In this document: piece after piece, positions 40,402 through 49,803 of the stretch | Layout of the letters: every line of letters starts with the position of its first letter | Position numbering within the stretch: the stretch's first letter is position 1 | IMG/VR virus record: IMGVR_UViG_3300034121_000940 | Location: 1 to 64,000 of that record | Reading direction: 5' to 3' (one strand) | DNA length: 64,000 bases | DNA from: a virus | Made by a program: the position numbers and the translations under genes | The notes under the pieces: generated by a model | The model's input: only the letters and a program-made list of their open reading frames with translations | Database searches by the model: none | Told to the model about the DNA's origin: nothing

Positions 40402-40420
40402 ATTGTTGGTTTTTTAAAGT

Positions 40421-40990
40421 TTAACAATTATTACATTCAAATTTATTCAAAAGTTTTAATGCATAGTTATATAATGTCATACCTTTTTGTGGTTCATGGC
40501 AAAATTCTACTTTTGATTTAGCAGATTCAAGATACATTTTAATTAATCTCAGCTTTTCTAATTTTTCTTTTACTTTAGCTGGTGGATCACAATCTGCAAG
40601 ATCTACTGTGCATAATACTTTGTAATATTTATTTAGGGCTTGAGAAATTCTTAAATAATTATATTCTGCAAATACTAAATTATTTGGCGACACACTATAT
40701 TTAATTGCATAAATTCCATCAGGTATATTTGCTAATTGTGTACCACATCCAGATGTTTGTAATTCTAAATCACATGCTGTTAAATTAATACTTCCTCCTT
40801 CAACAAAAGCTAACATTTTATCTCCTACAATTTCAACAGAGTGACTGAATCCAGGAACTGTAATTGTTAGTGTAGGACATATAATGGGAATATTTGGAGA
40901 TGTAGTTTGATATACACTTGTATCAAAAATCTTCATTACACAGGTATTTGCTACCGTAGGGATATCTAAACTTAATATATGATTTGCCAT
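40421..40990 (-). CDS. Structural protein (possible tail hub/collar component)
   Basis: IFDTSVY...LTITVPGF...IPDGIYAIKYSV pattern; precedes the fibre genes; function inferred from synteny. Confidence 0.5.
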   Translation of the reverse strand: MANHILSLDIPTVANTCVMKIFDTSVYQTTSPNIPIICPTLTITVPGFSHSVEIVGDKMLAFVEGGSINLTACDLELQTSGCGTQLANIPDGIYAIKYSVSPNNLVFAEYNYLRISQALNKYYKVLCTVDLADCDPPAKVKEKLEKLRLIKMYLESAKSKVEFCHEPQKGMTLYNYALKLLNKFECNNC

Positions 40991-41003
40991 AGTTCCTTAA
41001 AAT

Positions 41004-41042
41004 AAAAAAGGAGAGAAGAGTTTGAAACTCTCACTCTCCTTT
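41004..41042 (-). terminator. Intrinsic terminator
   Basis: Minus-strand AGGAGAGUGAGAG-UUUCAAA-CUCUUCUCUCCU followed by a U-run. Confidence 0.8.
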
Positions 41043-41062
41043 AAAGTTATTATTTTTTCCTA

Positions 41063-42646
41063 TTAGATTATTGCAGGAATTTTAACAACTGGTGTACAGT
41101 TTGAACCACATTCAAATGTTTCTAAACCACCACAGTTATTTCCACAAGCATTTAACCATGCATTAACAAAAGTTGTAAATGCTTGTCCTTGTGCACCATC
41201 TGTTGGGTTAACAGTTTTGGCAACAATAATTTCTAATAAATATTGATCATTATCAAAAGTACTAGATGCATTATTGAAACGTGGAACATGGTGTTGAATA
41301 TAGAATCTGTTGTAAGATTCATTTCTATCAATAATTTCCAACATTTGATTTCCTTGAGTAATCTCACGGATACGGAAATCAGAATGGAAGAAGTTTTGTC
41401 TATATCTTTCTGAAAGAATTACATCTCTCAATACAGTTTCACCTAAACCATTAGCTTGTCTTCCTTGACACTCAGTAATTACACAAAGACCTTCAAATGC
41501 ACATGGATCACCATTTAAGTCAACTTCAGAAGCGTATAATCTTACCGGCTCTTTTTCATAGAAGTCAGAAACTTGGAATGTACAATCACCAAATTTAGTA
41601 TCTACATAAGCACCAAATAATGTCATACCTGCATATTTACCAGCAACGTGAGCTGTAGCAACATATTTATCCCAAGTACCACCAATAGTATAACCTGCAG
41701 GAGCTGTAATACCTGTTAAATCAGTTCCTGGTTTGTACCATAATTTGTTATCTTCAGATGAAACAACTGGGTAAACAAATGGAGAAATTAATGGAGAATC
41801 AACAATTTGTTGAGCCCATTTAATGTAAACTTCAGTAGCATTTACAGCAGTTGGTACAATTGCATTAGGATCACAACATCCTGTGTAAGCAGTTAATGTT
41901 AAATAAGCATTGTGATTTAAAAATCTTAAAGCAGGAGAACCTTTGATATCTAAACGTAAGTTATAAGTTTCACCACATAAGAAATCTTTTTGACATCCTT
42001 TTTTAGCACCAGCTGTAGCAACAGTTAATGTTGGTTGTGTAATAACACCATTAGCTTGTAATTGACCAGCAACAGCAGTTAAAGTATTACCAGCTACATA
42101 ACCAGTACCACCATTAACAATTTCTACTACAGTAACAACACCACCTGCAACAGTTAATTTAGCAATGAAACCTGATCCAGCACCACCAGAAAAAGCAACT
42201 TCATTATAAACACCATTAACTATGTTTGCACCAGCATTATTGATTGTAAGTGTTAACACTTGATCATCAGTAAATGGAGTGTATCCTACATGAATAACAT
42301 TTTGAGATGGATCACATTTTGGAGCAAAATAAAATTTGCTTACATATTTAGGGTTAATTTCTTTAGATTTATTAGACTCTAAATATCCACCATGGAAAGG
42401 ACCAATTTTATCTTTTTTAAATAAAGAACCAGAAGCCAAAATTAATGGGCAACATCCGTTTCCAGAAAAAGTAGTTGGTTGAACTTTCCAATCTTTAGGA
42501 TTAACGAAAGCATACTGACCAGCTGCTAAAATGTTTCCTGTTGTTCCTAATACTCCTTGATTTAAGGCAGTATATCCTTGTCCTATTGGAGCAAGAGCAT
42601 TTACACCTACAAAGGATTTTTGAAATGCATGACTAAAATAACTCAT
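41063..42646 (-). CDS. Abundant structural protein (possible auxiliary capsid/decoration protein)
   Basis: Has its own promoter and terminator; inserted SGGAGSG...GGVVTVVEIVNGGTGY beta-repeat typical of phage structural proteins. Confidence 0.55.
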   Translation of the reverse strand: MSYFSHAFQKSFVGVNALAPIGQGYTALNQGVLGTTGNILAAGQYAFVNPKDWKVQPTTFSGNGCCPLILASGSLFKKDKIGPFHGGYLESNKSKEINPKYVSKFYFAPKCDPSQNVIHVGYTPFTDDQVLTLTINNAGANIVNGVYNEVAFSGGAGSGFIAKLTVAGGVVTVVEIVNGGTGYVAGNTLTAVAGQLQANGVITQPTLTVATAGAKKGCQKDFLCGETYNLRLDIKGSPALRFLNHNAYLTLTAYTGCCDPNAIVPTAVNATEVYIKWAQQIVDSPLISPFVYPVVSSEDNKLWYKPGTDLTGITAPAGYTIGGTWDKYVATAHVAGKYAGMTLFGAYVDTKFGDCTFQVSDFYEKEPVRLYASEVDLNGDPCAFEGLCVITECQGRQANGLGETVLRDVILSERYRQNFFHSDFRIREITQGNQMLEIIDRNESYNRFYIQHHVPRFNNASSTFDNDQYLLEIIVAKTVNPTDGAQGQAFTTFVNAWLNACGNNCGGLETFECGSNCTPVVKIPAII

Positions 42647-42681
42647 TGTTTTTTGTTTTAATTAATAAATAACACTATTTA

Positions 42682-42710
42682 TAATATAGTAAAAGATTTT
42701 ATAAATTCAA
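42682..42710 (-). promoter_or_regulatory. Putative promoter TTG-N19-TATATTA
   Basis: Revcomp ttgaatttataaaatcttttacTATATTA upstream of the gene starting at 42646. Confidence 0.55.
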
Positions 42711-42712
42711 AA

Positions 42713-43165
42713 TTATTTCAAGAAAAGTAATTTATATTTAGCTGAATTCATAGTAGACTTGATTGTATCAAGATCATTTACAATTTCAGAGTATGGCATT
42801 TTGTCTTGTAACTTGCATACCATATCACACATATCTTTTAAATAATCTACAGCATCAGTAACTGAATCAAGTTTTCTTGGAGCCACATCTGTATAGCTTA
42901 ATAGCTTTTCAGTAGCACCTTGGAAACCTTCTGCTAAATCATCAGCATGTCCTGGTAATGCATCATACAGTTCATTAAGTGCTTTGTGTGCAGCATACGA
43001 TCCTGTACCTGTAATTTTTAAATGTAACTTATGAAAGCTTTGAGCAGCATTCATTAATTCAGTTACACAAGCTGACGTAAGAGATTCTACATTCCCACCA
43101 GCCGGAGCTGCAGCATAACTTGCATTTGCTTTGGTAGCCTCCGGTCTTTTTAACATTCTATTCAT
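42713..43165 (-). CDS. Dps/ferritin-like protein
   Basis: FHKLHLKITGTGSYAAHKALNELY...DDLAE matches the Dps ferroxidase pattern; four-helix-bundle size. Confidence 0.75.
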   Translation of the reverse strand: MNRMLKRPEATKANASYAAAPAGGNVESLTSACVTELMNAAQSFHKLHLKITGTGSYAAHKALNELYDALPGHADDLAEGFQGATEKLLSYTDVAPRKLDSVTDAVDYLKDMCDMVCKLQDKMPYSEIVNDLDTIKSTMNSAKYKLLFLK

Positions 43166-43170
43166 AATTA

Positions 43171-43869
43171 TTAGTTGTTTCTTTCAGATGACTGAGAATT
43201 TCTAGAGTATTGATTTGTTGATTCAATATCTCCTGCTAAAATTGCTACAGCATCATCAATTATTAGTTCCACAATATCATCTTTGAATTCACATATTATA
43301 TCAGCAGTTGAAGCAGCTCCTGTATAAGGATCTGAACAATTTAAAAACTCAACTCTTACAGGTTGTCTGTAATAAGTAAGTGATGCATTAGGTATATCAA
43401 ATTTATCATTAGTGTAAATCTTTACACCATTATTCATTAGAGTAGCAAATGTTTCAGCCCATTCAAAACTAGGCTCTTTAGCTTTATCTCTTAAAAGTAA
43501 AGCTAAGTCATCTTCTTCTGCTAAGTATACTATCATCTTTCTTTTATCACAGCATTCTTTATTAGCATATGCATCCACTCTCTTCCACTGTAAATAGTTT
43601 GTAGGTAAAGATGCTTCATAGTATAGATCTCTTTTTCCTAAAGTAAGGTTTTGAGATACTAGTAATTTTTGAAGATCATCTTTTCTTCTGTTACTAGCTT
43701 CATCTCCTTCTTTAAGAACATTAAGTCCGTGCAGCTGTCTTCTCACCCATTCTACCTGAGCTTTATTAAATGCCTCAACTATTTGCCAACATTGTATGTT
43801 GTCATAGTCTTGGCTATCTAATTTATTGAGACGTTGTTTTACTTTTATTTCAATAGTACTATTTAACAT
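43171..43869 (-). CDS. Head-tail ring/adaptor protein (crAss-like)
   Basis: LNKLDSQ...FNKAQ...LTYYRQP...CEFKDDIVELIIDDAV pattern and position. Confidence 0.55.
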   Translation of the reverse strand: MLNSTIEIKVKQRLNKLDSQDYDNIQCWQIVEAFNKAQVEWVRRQLHGLNVLKEGDEASNRRKDDLQKLLVSQNLTLGKRDLYYEASLPTNYLQWKRVDAYANKECCDKRKMIVYLAEEDDLALLLRDKAKEPSFEWAETFATLMNNGVKIYTNDKFDIPNASLTYYRQPVRVEFLNCSDPYTGAASTADIICEFKDDIVELIIDDAVAILAGDIESTNQYSRNSQSSERNN

Positions 43870-43871
43870 AA

Positions 43872-44237
43872 CTAATCATTTAATCTTCTTCTATCACGGT
43901 TAGCATATTTAATTGCACCAGCAGCAGCAACAGTACCAACAACAGCAGCTTGTTTAATTCTTTTTTTCTTTTGAGGTGACATTGGTTCTTTAGCTGGTTT
44001 TGCTTTAGTACTAGTAGTCACTTTAGTTTTAGTAGAAGAAGTTTCATCTAATGATGGCCATTCTTTTACTTTTTTACCTGTTTTTGATGCAGATACACTT
44101 TCTTGATAACCTTTTTTAGCAGCTGATAAAGTACTACCAACTATTTTTTTCCCAGTTGAAAATGCTTTACCAACAGATTTTACACCTTTAATAATAGCTC
44201 CTAACTGAGCTTTTGGAAGTTCTTTTTTCTTTGCCAT
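43872..44237 (-). CDS. Small Lys-rich protein with amphipathic N-helix and hydrophobic C-terminal segment
   Basis: PKAQLGAIIKGVKSVGKAFSTG...AAVVGTVAAAGAIKY; paralog of 44398..44679. Confidence 0.7.
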   Translation of the reverse strand: MAKKKELPKAQLGAIIKGVKSVGKAFSTGKKIVGSTLSAAKKGYQESVSASKTGKKVKEWPSLDETSSTKTKVTTSTKAKPAKEPMSPQKKKRIKQAAVVGTVAAAGAIKYANRDRRRLND

Positions 44238-44239
44238 AA

Positions 44240-44398
44240 TTATCTCTTTTTAGCGATTGCTTTAAAAGTCTTAGCTAACTGCTTAGCTTTACCTGTACAA
44301 CCAGGTTTAGTTATAGGGGTACATTTGCCTTTTGTACCCCTTTTCTTAATATCAGCTGTAGCTTTCTGTATCCAATTCTTATCTTTTTTCTCAGCCAT
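44240..44398 (-). CDS. Small Lys-rich protein (52 aa)
   Basis: Manual translation MAEKKDKNWIQKATADIKKRGTKGKCTPITKPGCTGKAKQLAKTFKAIAKKR; TAATG overlap with the upstream stop. Confidence 0.7.
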   Translation of the reverse strand: MAEKKDKNWIQKATADIKKRGTKGKCTPITKPGCTGKAKQLAKTFKAIAKKR

Positions 44399-44679
44399 TA
44401 TTTTTTCTTTTTTTTCATCATACCCTTTCCTACAGTATATGCGGTACCTGCAGCAGTAGCACCAATTACAGCTTTTTTAACAGCTCTTTCTGGTTTTTCA
44501 TTATAATATTTAGCCCAATCTTCTGATTTTTTTAAATGTGATGTTTCTTTAGCAAACTTTTCTGCTCTAGCAGCTTTTACACCAGTTTTTGCAACTTTAG
44601 CACCGGTACTAATACCTTTACCTATTGCTTTAACAATTGCTCCTAATTGAGCTTTTGGTTTTGTAGTTTTTGTTTTCAT
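44398..44679 (-). CDS. Small Lys-rich protein, paralog of 43872..44237
   Basis: Start reassigned to ATG 44679 (1 nt after the upstream stop); PKAQLGAIVKAIGKGISTG...AVIGATAAGTAY. Confidence 0.7.
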   Translation of the reverse strand: MKTKTTKPKAQLGAIVKAIGKGISTGAKVAKTGVKAARAEKFAKETSHLKKSEDWAKYYNEKPERAVKKAVIGATAAGTAYTVGKGMMKKKKK

Positions 44680-44680
44680 A

Positions 44681-45073
44681 TTAACACTTTTTCTTAGTAA
44701 CACCACCCATTTTCTTTTTGCTCATTTTAGCACCAGCTATTCTATCTGCTGCAGTAGCTTTAGGATTTTTATCTACACCAGCTTTAACAGATAGCATACC
44801 AAAAGTAGAACCACCTTTTTTAAAACTTGGTCTTTCAGATACACATCCACCAGTAGCAGATCTAACAGTACCTGGAGGGCAAGAATGTTTAACAGCAGTT
44901 ACTTTAGAACCACCTTTCTTCATAGAATCCATTCCTTGTTTGTTTGGTCCTGTAGAACCAGCATTAGGAATTCCAAATATTTGTCCTTTTGGTGTAGCAG
45001 AACCAACTGTAGTTTTCATTGTAGAACCACCAGTCTTATACTTCATACCACCACATTTCATACACTTTGCCAT
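44681..45073 (-). CDS. Small Lys/Gly-rich protein with five xxGG motifs
   Basis: MKCGG, YKTGG, MKKGG, FKKGG, KKMGG; GMLSVKAGVDKNPKATAADRIAGAK segment. Confidence 0.7.
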   Translation of the reverse strand: MAKCMKCGGMKYKTGGSTMKTTVGSATPKGQIFGIPNAGSTGPNKQGMDSMKKGGSKVTAVKHSCPPGTVRSATGGCVSERPSFKKGGSTFGMLSVKAGVDKNPKATAADRIAGAKMSKKKMGGVTKKKC

Positions 45074-45085
45074 AATATATATTTT

Positions 45086-45358
45086 TTAACAGTTCCATTT
45101 TCTTAAAGAAAGAGCCTTTCTTGTTGGTCTTCCTTTTTCATCTTTCATTGGTCCAGGCATTCCTGACATTCTAGCACAGAAACTTTTTCTTCTCTTAGCA
45201 TCTTTACTATCCGGATCAAGTTTTGATGGTTTAGTAGTAACAGCCATTTTAAGTTTACTACCTGGATTTTCTTTTCTATAAGAAGCAACACCTTTAGCAT
45301 TAAGACCACCTGTCTTACTTTTACCTTCCGATCTTGTCCATGCTGGTGACTTTGCCAT
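45086..45358 (-). CDS. Small basic phage protein (DUF6321-like)
   Basis: GGLNAKGVASY...RRKSFCARMSG...LRKWNC pattern, recalled from aquatic phages; family name not verified. Confidence 0.6.
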   Translation of the reverse strand: MAKSPAWTRSEGKSKTGGLNAKGVASYRKENPGSKLKMAVTTKPSKLDPDSKDAKRRKSFCARMSGMPGPMKDEKGRPTRKALSLRKWNC

Positions 45359-45360
45359 GA

Positions 45361-45513
45361 TTATTTCTTTTTAGTTGATACTTTAATCTTTTTCTCTTGT
45401 TTCAGCATTTGAGCTGTAGGTTTCTTACCAGAACCTTTATTAGCACGGATGTTGTCCCAGAGACCTCTCTGAGACACACTACCGTCTTTTCTTTTTAGCA
45501 TTTCTTTTACCAT
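45361..45513 (-). CDS. Small Lys-rich protein (50 aa)
   Basis: Manual translation MVKEMLKRKDGSVSQRGLWDNIRANKGSGKKPTAQMLKQEKKIKVSTKKK; TAATG coupling. Confidence 0.7.
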   Translation of the reverse strand: MVKEMLKRKDGSVSQRGLWDNIRANKGSGKKPTAQMLKQEKKIKVSTKKK

Positions 45514-45728
45514 TATCTTTTTAATGTTCTTGTTGGCTTTGTGGTTCCTACTACTCCACCCAAAGCTTTGATTTGTTCTTGTGCTAATGATTTAACTTTG
45601 TTCATCATTTTTGGATCTTTTCGGATCTCATCCGCTCTTCTTAATGTTGACAAAGCAGATTCAATTTCCCACTTATCCATCTCTCTACTTGGAATAGCTT
45701 TTATTGTAGTTGTTTTCTTTGCTGCCAT
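45513..45728 (-). CDS. Small basic protein
   Basis: KWEIESALSTLRRADEIRKDPKMM; tightly packed in the operon. Confidence 0.7.
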   Translation of the reverse strand: MAAKKTTTIKAIPSREMDKWEIESALSTLRRADEIRKDPKMMNKVKSLAQEQIKALGGVVGTTKPTRTLKR

Positions 45729-45732
45729 AGTA

Positions 45733-46023
45733 TTATTTTTTAAATAAATTTTTGAAAAATAACTTAACTCTTTTACTTAGTGAAACTGTTTCTTCAGCAA
45801 TTTCTTTAACTTCTTCTTTTGCTTCTTCAACTTTTTCTTTGTATTCAGAAACAATTTTAGTTGCTTCATGTACTAAGTTCTCTGCAGTTTCTGTAATAAC
45901 CAATTTTGGTTCTGCTTCTAACTTAGGTTTTCTAACTCTAGGTTTTCTTGCTGAAGGTTTCTTAACTGTTTTCTCTTTCTTAGTTACTTCAACTTTAACT
46001 TCTTCTACTTTTGTCTTTGCCAT
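45733..46023 (-). CDS. Small K/E-rich protein
   Basis: KKPSARKPRVRKPK basic tract; amphipathic C-terminus; tightly packed. Confidence 0.65.
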   Translation of the reverse strand: MAKTKVEEVKVEVTKKEKTVKKPSARKPRVRKPKLEAEPKLVITETAENLVHEATKIVSEYKEKVEEAKEEVKEIAEETVSLSKRVKLFFKNLFKK

Positions 46024-46027
46024 AATT

Positions 46028-46064
46028 AAAATAAATAAGCACCTCCTTACTTAGAAGGAGATGC
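46028..46064 (-). terminator. Intrinsic terminator overlapping the stop of 46047..46217
   Basis: GCAUCUCCUU-CUAAGU-AAGGAGGUGC (10-bp stem with one G-U) followed by UUAUUUAUUUU. Confidence 0.7.
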
Positions 46065-46217
46065 GGTTTTTGGTGCTTTTGAAATTCCTCCAACTTTACC
46101 TTTTGGAGATTTAATTGCTTGAACAGCTTTGTTTGTACCACCTACTCTTCCAGTGGGAGTTTTTGTAGCTCCCATAAGTTTCTTAGATTTAGTACCAGTT
46201 ACATTTGCAGATTTCAT
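46047..46217 (-). CDS. Small Lys/Gly-rich protein (56 aa)
   Basis: Start reassigned to ATG 46217 to avoid overlap; internal repeat TPTGRVGG / SPKGKVGG. Confidence 0.6.
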   Translation of the reverse strand: MKSANVTGTKSKKLMGATKTPTGRVGGTNKAVQAIKSPKGKVGGISKAPKTASPSK

Positions 46218-46228
46218 TTTATTTATTT

Positions 46229-47245
46229 TTATGAGTTCCAAAATTTTTCACAAGCAGTATTCAAGTCTTTTAAAATATCCTCATTTAAAGGATTTTTCAA
46301 GTGCTCTACTACATCTGACACATTTCTTCCTAACAATGCGTTAGTCTTAGTGTGGTAAATATAACCATCTGCCTTATTAACAATATACTTAAAAAATACG
46401 GAATCTCTAACAATTGATTTAATTTTTAGTGTTTCCATATCCATATTAGCTGTATCCATAAATGTTTTAGCAGCTCTTTCTTTATTCTGTTCTCCACCTA
46501 AGCCAGCAATGTAGTTATCCATATTTTCATAGATCACATCATTAGGAGTAGACTTTCTATATTGTGTACTATTGATATCCACCACTTTAGCAATGTAGAA
46601 TAACTTAGTACTATTTTTGTCAAATAATTTTTGTAGTTCAGATAGAGCTTTGTTACGTAATTTTTTGTACTCTGTTCTTACCATTACAGTTTCTTCTTCT
46701 TTATCTAAATAAAACTTTGGTGGAACAGCCTTAGCTCTTGCATCCTCTAAACTTTTTGCAACTAGTGAAAATCCACCAGCTTCAATTGCATATAATTTAA
46801 TTCTATCATAAGGATCTCTTGGGTCTAAGAACAAAGGTTCATTACCACATGAAATTGAAATCTTATTCCAGAATTCAGCATTGTTTGGCTTTAGTAATGT
46901 AACCTTAGCCCAAAATTCTTTATCTTCTATATCAATAACATTTGCTGCTAGTTCTTGCTCTAACTCTGCAACTGCTGATCTAATCTCTCTTATTCTAGCT
47001 TCTTTTTCTGATATAGGAAGTAATTTGATCTCCGGAGCAAACTCATTTAATCCAGTTACATATCTTACTACACCATTATTGTCTAAACAAGCTAGTTGTT
47101 CATTATGTGTTACCCCATCAAATAAACTCATACCGTAATCTTCTAATCCCATGTTAGAAGCTGAGCTATCAAAATAAGGTCTTACAGCAATAGCTGTTTT
47201 TTTAACAGAGCCCTTACCGGTCTCTACCATTGTGAAATTTTCCAT
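46229..47245 (-). CDS. Conserved crAss-like capsid-module protein downstream of the major capsid gene
   Basis: YVTGLNE...NAEFW...LFLDPRDPYDRIK pattern; synteny; AAACCAACAAA leader. Confidence 0.6.
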   Translation of the reverse strand: MENFTMVETGKGSVKKTAIAVRPYFDSSASNMGLEDYGMSLFDGVTHNEQLACLDNNGVVRYVTGLNEFAPEIKLLPISEKEARIREIRSAVAELEQELAANVIDIEDKEFWAKVTLLKPNNAEFWNKISISCGNEPLFLDPRDPYDRIKLYAIEAGGFSLVAKSLEDARAKAVPPKFYLDKEEETVMVRTEYKKLRNKALSELQKLFDKNSTKLFYIAKVVDINSTQYRKSTPNDVIYENMDNYIAGLGGEQNKERAAKTFMDTANMDMETLKIKSIVRDSVFFKYIVNKADGYIYHTKTNALLGRNVSDVVEHLKNPLNEDILKDLNTACEKFWNS

Positions 47246-47277
47246 TGTTTTGTTGGTTTTTGTTTTTGTAAATTTAA

Positions 47278-48126
47278 TTAATTATTCTGGCACATTTCCA
47301 GATACGTGTTGTATTTTCTATCTAAATAGATAGTTGCATCTTTATAAAGTAAGTCTAAAACTTTTTTACAATCATCTGAATAATAATGAACTTGAAATAA
47401 ACTATTTTTTAAACCCCCTTCTTTATTACTATGACTTGGGTATTTACTTTTAATTCCTAATTCTTTAGTACAGAATATAATAAATTCAAAAATTGTTTCA
47501 ATTGTCCCACATAATGAAATCTGAGGTCTAATATCATAGTTATAAACTCCACCGTCACCATCAACAACACCTCTCCAAAAATCTTTTGAACTTTTTAAAG
47601 ATTCATGTGGTATAGCCGTCCAACTTTTTTTATTATTAAAACCTAAGTCTTTAAGTTTACCATGTAAAACTTTAGAAAAAATTTTAATAGAACAAGAATT
47701 TTCTGCATAAAATTTTACTTCTTTGTTACAATTAAAAAAAAGTTTAAACTTTTCTAAATGCTCCTTATCTCTTAACTCAATTTCTAATTCAATTGAGTAT
47801 TCTTTTTCTTTTCTGATATGACCATCAGCATATAAAAAACCTATCCAATACAAAGCTTCTGGGGTCAATGTATCAAAAACAGTTTCATCTAATGTAGAAC
47901 CTCTACTAAGTCTCCACTGTGTTGATTTATCTCTTATTAACCCAGATTGCTGTAATATTGTTCTGATAGTTTTTCTAGTCATCTTCATGACTTCCTCAAT
48001 TTTAGTTTGAGGAAGCCCTTGAAGATACATACTTTTAACAGTTTCTTTTTGCTCTGTTGTAATTTTACTCAAATTAGCTACCGCATTATAAGGTCTATGC
48101 GGATAAATTCTTTTCTTTTTATCCAT
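47278..48126 (-). mobile_element. Free-standing double-motif LAGLIDADG homing endonuclease with N-terminal HTH
   Basis: YWIGFLYADG and FWRGVVDGDG motifs, LYKDATIYLDRK tail; start likely ATG 48126, downstream of its own promoter. Confidence 0.85.
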
Positions 48127-48144
48127 GTTTTTATAATTAAAACA

Positions 48145-48175
48145 CAAATATAAAAAGAATATTTGAGAAATCCAA
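48145..48175 (-). promoter_or_regulatory. Bacteroidota sigma-A type promoter TTG-N20-TATATTTG
   Basis: Exact match to the TAnnTTTG -7 box with a TTG -33 element. Confidence 0.65.
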
Positions 48176-48186
48176 TTACTGTCTGA

Positions 48187-49803
48187 TCAAAAACTTCCTC
48201 CCGTAATAGGGTTTCTCATAACAATTTTCAATACTTTAGTTGGATCTTTAACCCAAATAGCAGGCATTGTTTGAGACATCATTACACGGTAACCATTGAA
48301 CTGACCTGAAGATTGGAACCCTTGAGTTCTACCCATGTAGTCCATAGTACCATTTTGGTACCACCATTTCAATTGGTTATCCCAAGATAATTTCAACAAG
48401 TAAATGTTGTCATTAGTATTATCTGTGATATCAAAGATAATGAATGAATAAGAAGATAATGGGAAACCATCAATGATTGGGTTCTCAATATCATTTGTAT
48501 GAACATTGTCAAATGCTGGGTTCAATACAAACTTCACGTTAGCCAAGAATGGGATAACATATGAAGTGTATGCAAATCCAAAGTTTAAGTCCATACCTTT
48601 ACCAGTGATAGCACCGATATCAGCAGCCTGGATCAATAAACCTGAAGATACTGCTTCACGTTTGATAGCCTCATTTACCATTCTCATACCACCCATACCA
48701 GTTTGTACAACTAGAGAGCGTTTTGGATCTGGACCTTGGAATTCAACTTTACCGTTGAAGAAGTTGTAGATTTCACCACGGAATAAATCCAATGTGAAGT
48801 TATTCTTGTTGTAGATTCTTTTGAAAGAGTTATCTAACTGTTTCCAAAGACCCACTGACAATCTTAAATCATCTGGACCATCTTGTTTGATTCTACCACC
48901 TTGTCCCCACATTAAGTAAGTCTCAATATCTTGAGCAATCTTAGATAAGTGAGCAGCTTCCATAGTAGTTAAGAAAGTTCTAGATAAATCACCATTGTCA
49001 AAAGCTTTTTTAACTTTGTCTTTACCTAATTTCTTAACCATATCATCTAGGTTAGCAATTGATGGATCATTTAAGTTTGTATCAAATGTTCTCCAGATTT
49101 CAGTTACAGGAACTGTACCATCTGCATTCATACCACCTTTGATCATCAAATCTGCTCTAGAAGATACTGTGTAGTGAACGTGAGCTTCAGCACCTCCTAC
49201 ATAATTGTAGAATTCACGGAAACCAGCTCTAGTTTGAATGTCTGAGAATCTCTCACCATACTCACCACGAGCAGAACCTTTACGGAAAACTTTAGTTCCA
49301 TTAGCTAAGTACTTGTTATCCAAGAACTTGAAGTTATCATTGTTTACTAACTGTACAGTATAGATAAATCCATCACCTACAGGTAAGATATCTTCAGCTG
49401 TTACATAAAGTTCAACACCGTTGTATTTGTCATATGTGAACATATCACCATGTCCAAACTCACGTCTGTTTAATTTAATTCTGAAAGTTGAACCCTCAAT
49501 ACCTTTGAATTCATTATCCGGTTCAATGTCCTCAATAATGTAAGGAAGATCAATAGATACAGGAGTCTGCCATCTATATTCACCTCTTGCATTGTCTACC
49601 ATAATTACATTCTTTCCACCGAAAGAAGACATTTGGTACAAAGGCATTTCAACTTTTTGGGACATAGCCCATAAGTCTACTGGACCTAAATCCATTGGTT
49701 GAGCATCTTTCAACATGTTTACTAAGTGGTATGAGTCAACGTGAGATGTAGCATTGTATGCAGTATCACGTAGGAATATACCATTGTTTAAAACTGGAGT
49801 CAT
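48187..49803 (-). CDS. Major capsid protein (crAss-like, HK97 fold)
   Basis: 538 aa; order portal > scaffold > this gene; DLGPVDLW, EYGERFS, GLWKQL, LNPAFD motifs; many C-ending codons suggest high expression. Confidence 0.85.
   Translation of the reverse strand: MTPVLNNGIFLRDTAYNATSHVDSYHLVNMLKDAQPMDLGPVDLWAMSQKVEMPLYQMSSFGGKNVIMVDNARGEYRWQTPVSIDLPYIIEDIEPDNEFKGIEGSTFRIKLNRREFGHGDMFTYDKYNGVELYVTAEDILPVGDGFIYTVQLVNNDNFKFLDNKYLANGTKVFRKGSARGEYGERFSDIQTRAGFREFYNYVGGAEAHVHYTVSSRADLMIKGGMNADGTVPVTEIWRTFDTNLNDPSIANLDDMVKKLGKDKVKKAFDNGDLSRTFLTTMEAAHLSKIAQDIETYLMWGQGGRIKQDGPDDLRLSVGLWKQLDNSFKRIYNKNNFTLDLFRGEIYNFFNGKVEFQGPDPKRSLVVQTGMGGMRMVNEAIKREAVSSGLLIQAADIGAITGKGMDLNFGFAYTSYVIPFLANVKFVLNPAFDNVHTNDIENPIIDGFPLSSYSFIIFDITDNTNDNIYLLKLSWDNQLKWWYQNGTMDYMGRTQGFQSSGQFNGYRVMMSQTMPAIWVKDPTKVLKIVMRNPITGGSF

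Noticed and set aside
46041-46049. Perfect Shine-Dalgarno TAAGGAGGT on the minus strand upstream of 46023
   Set aside because: It is 17 nt from the ATG and forms the 3' arm of a terminator hairpin, so the terminator explains it better.
47737-47753. Palindrome AAAAGTTTAAACTTTT
   Set aside because: Lies inside the AT-rich LAGLIDADG coding sequence; likely chance.
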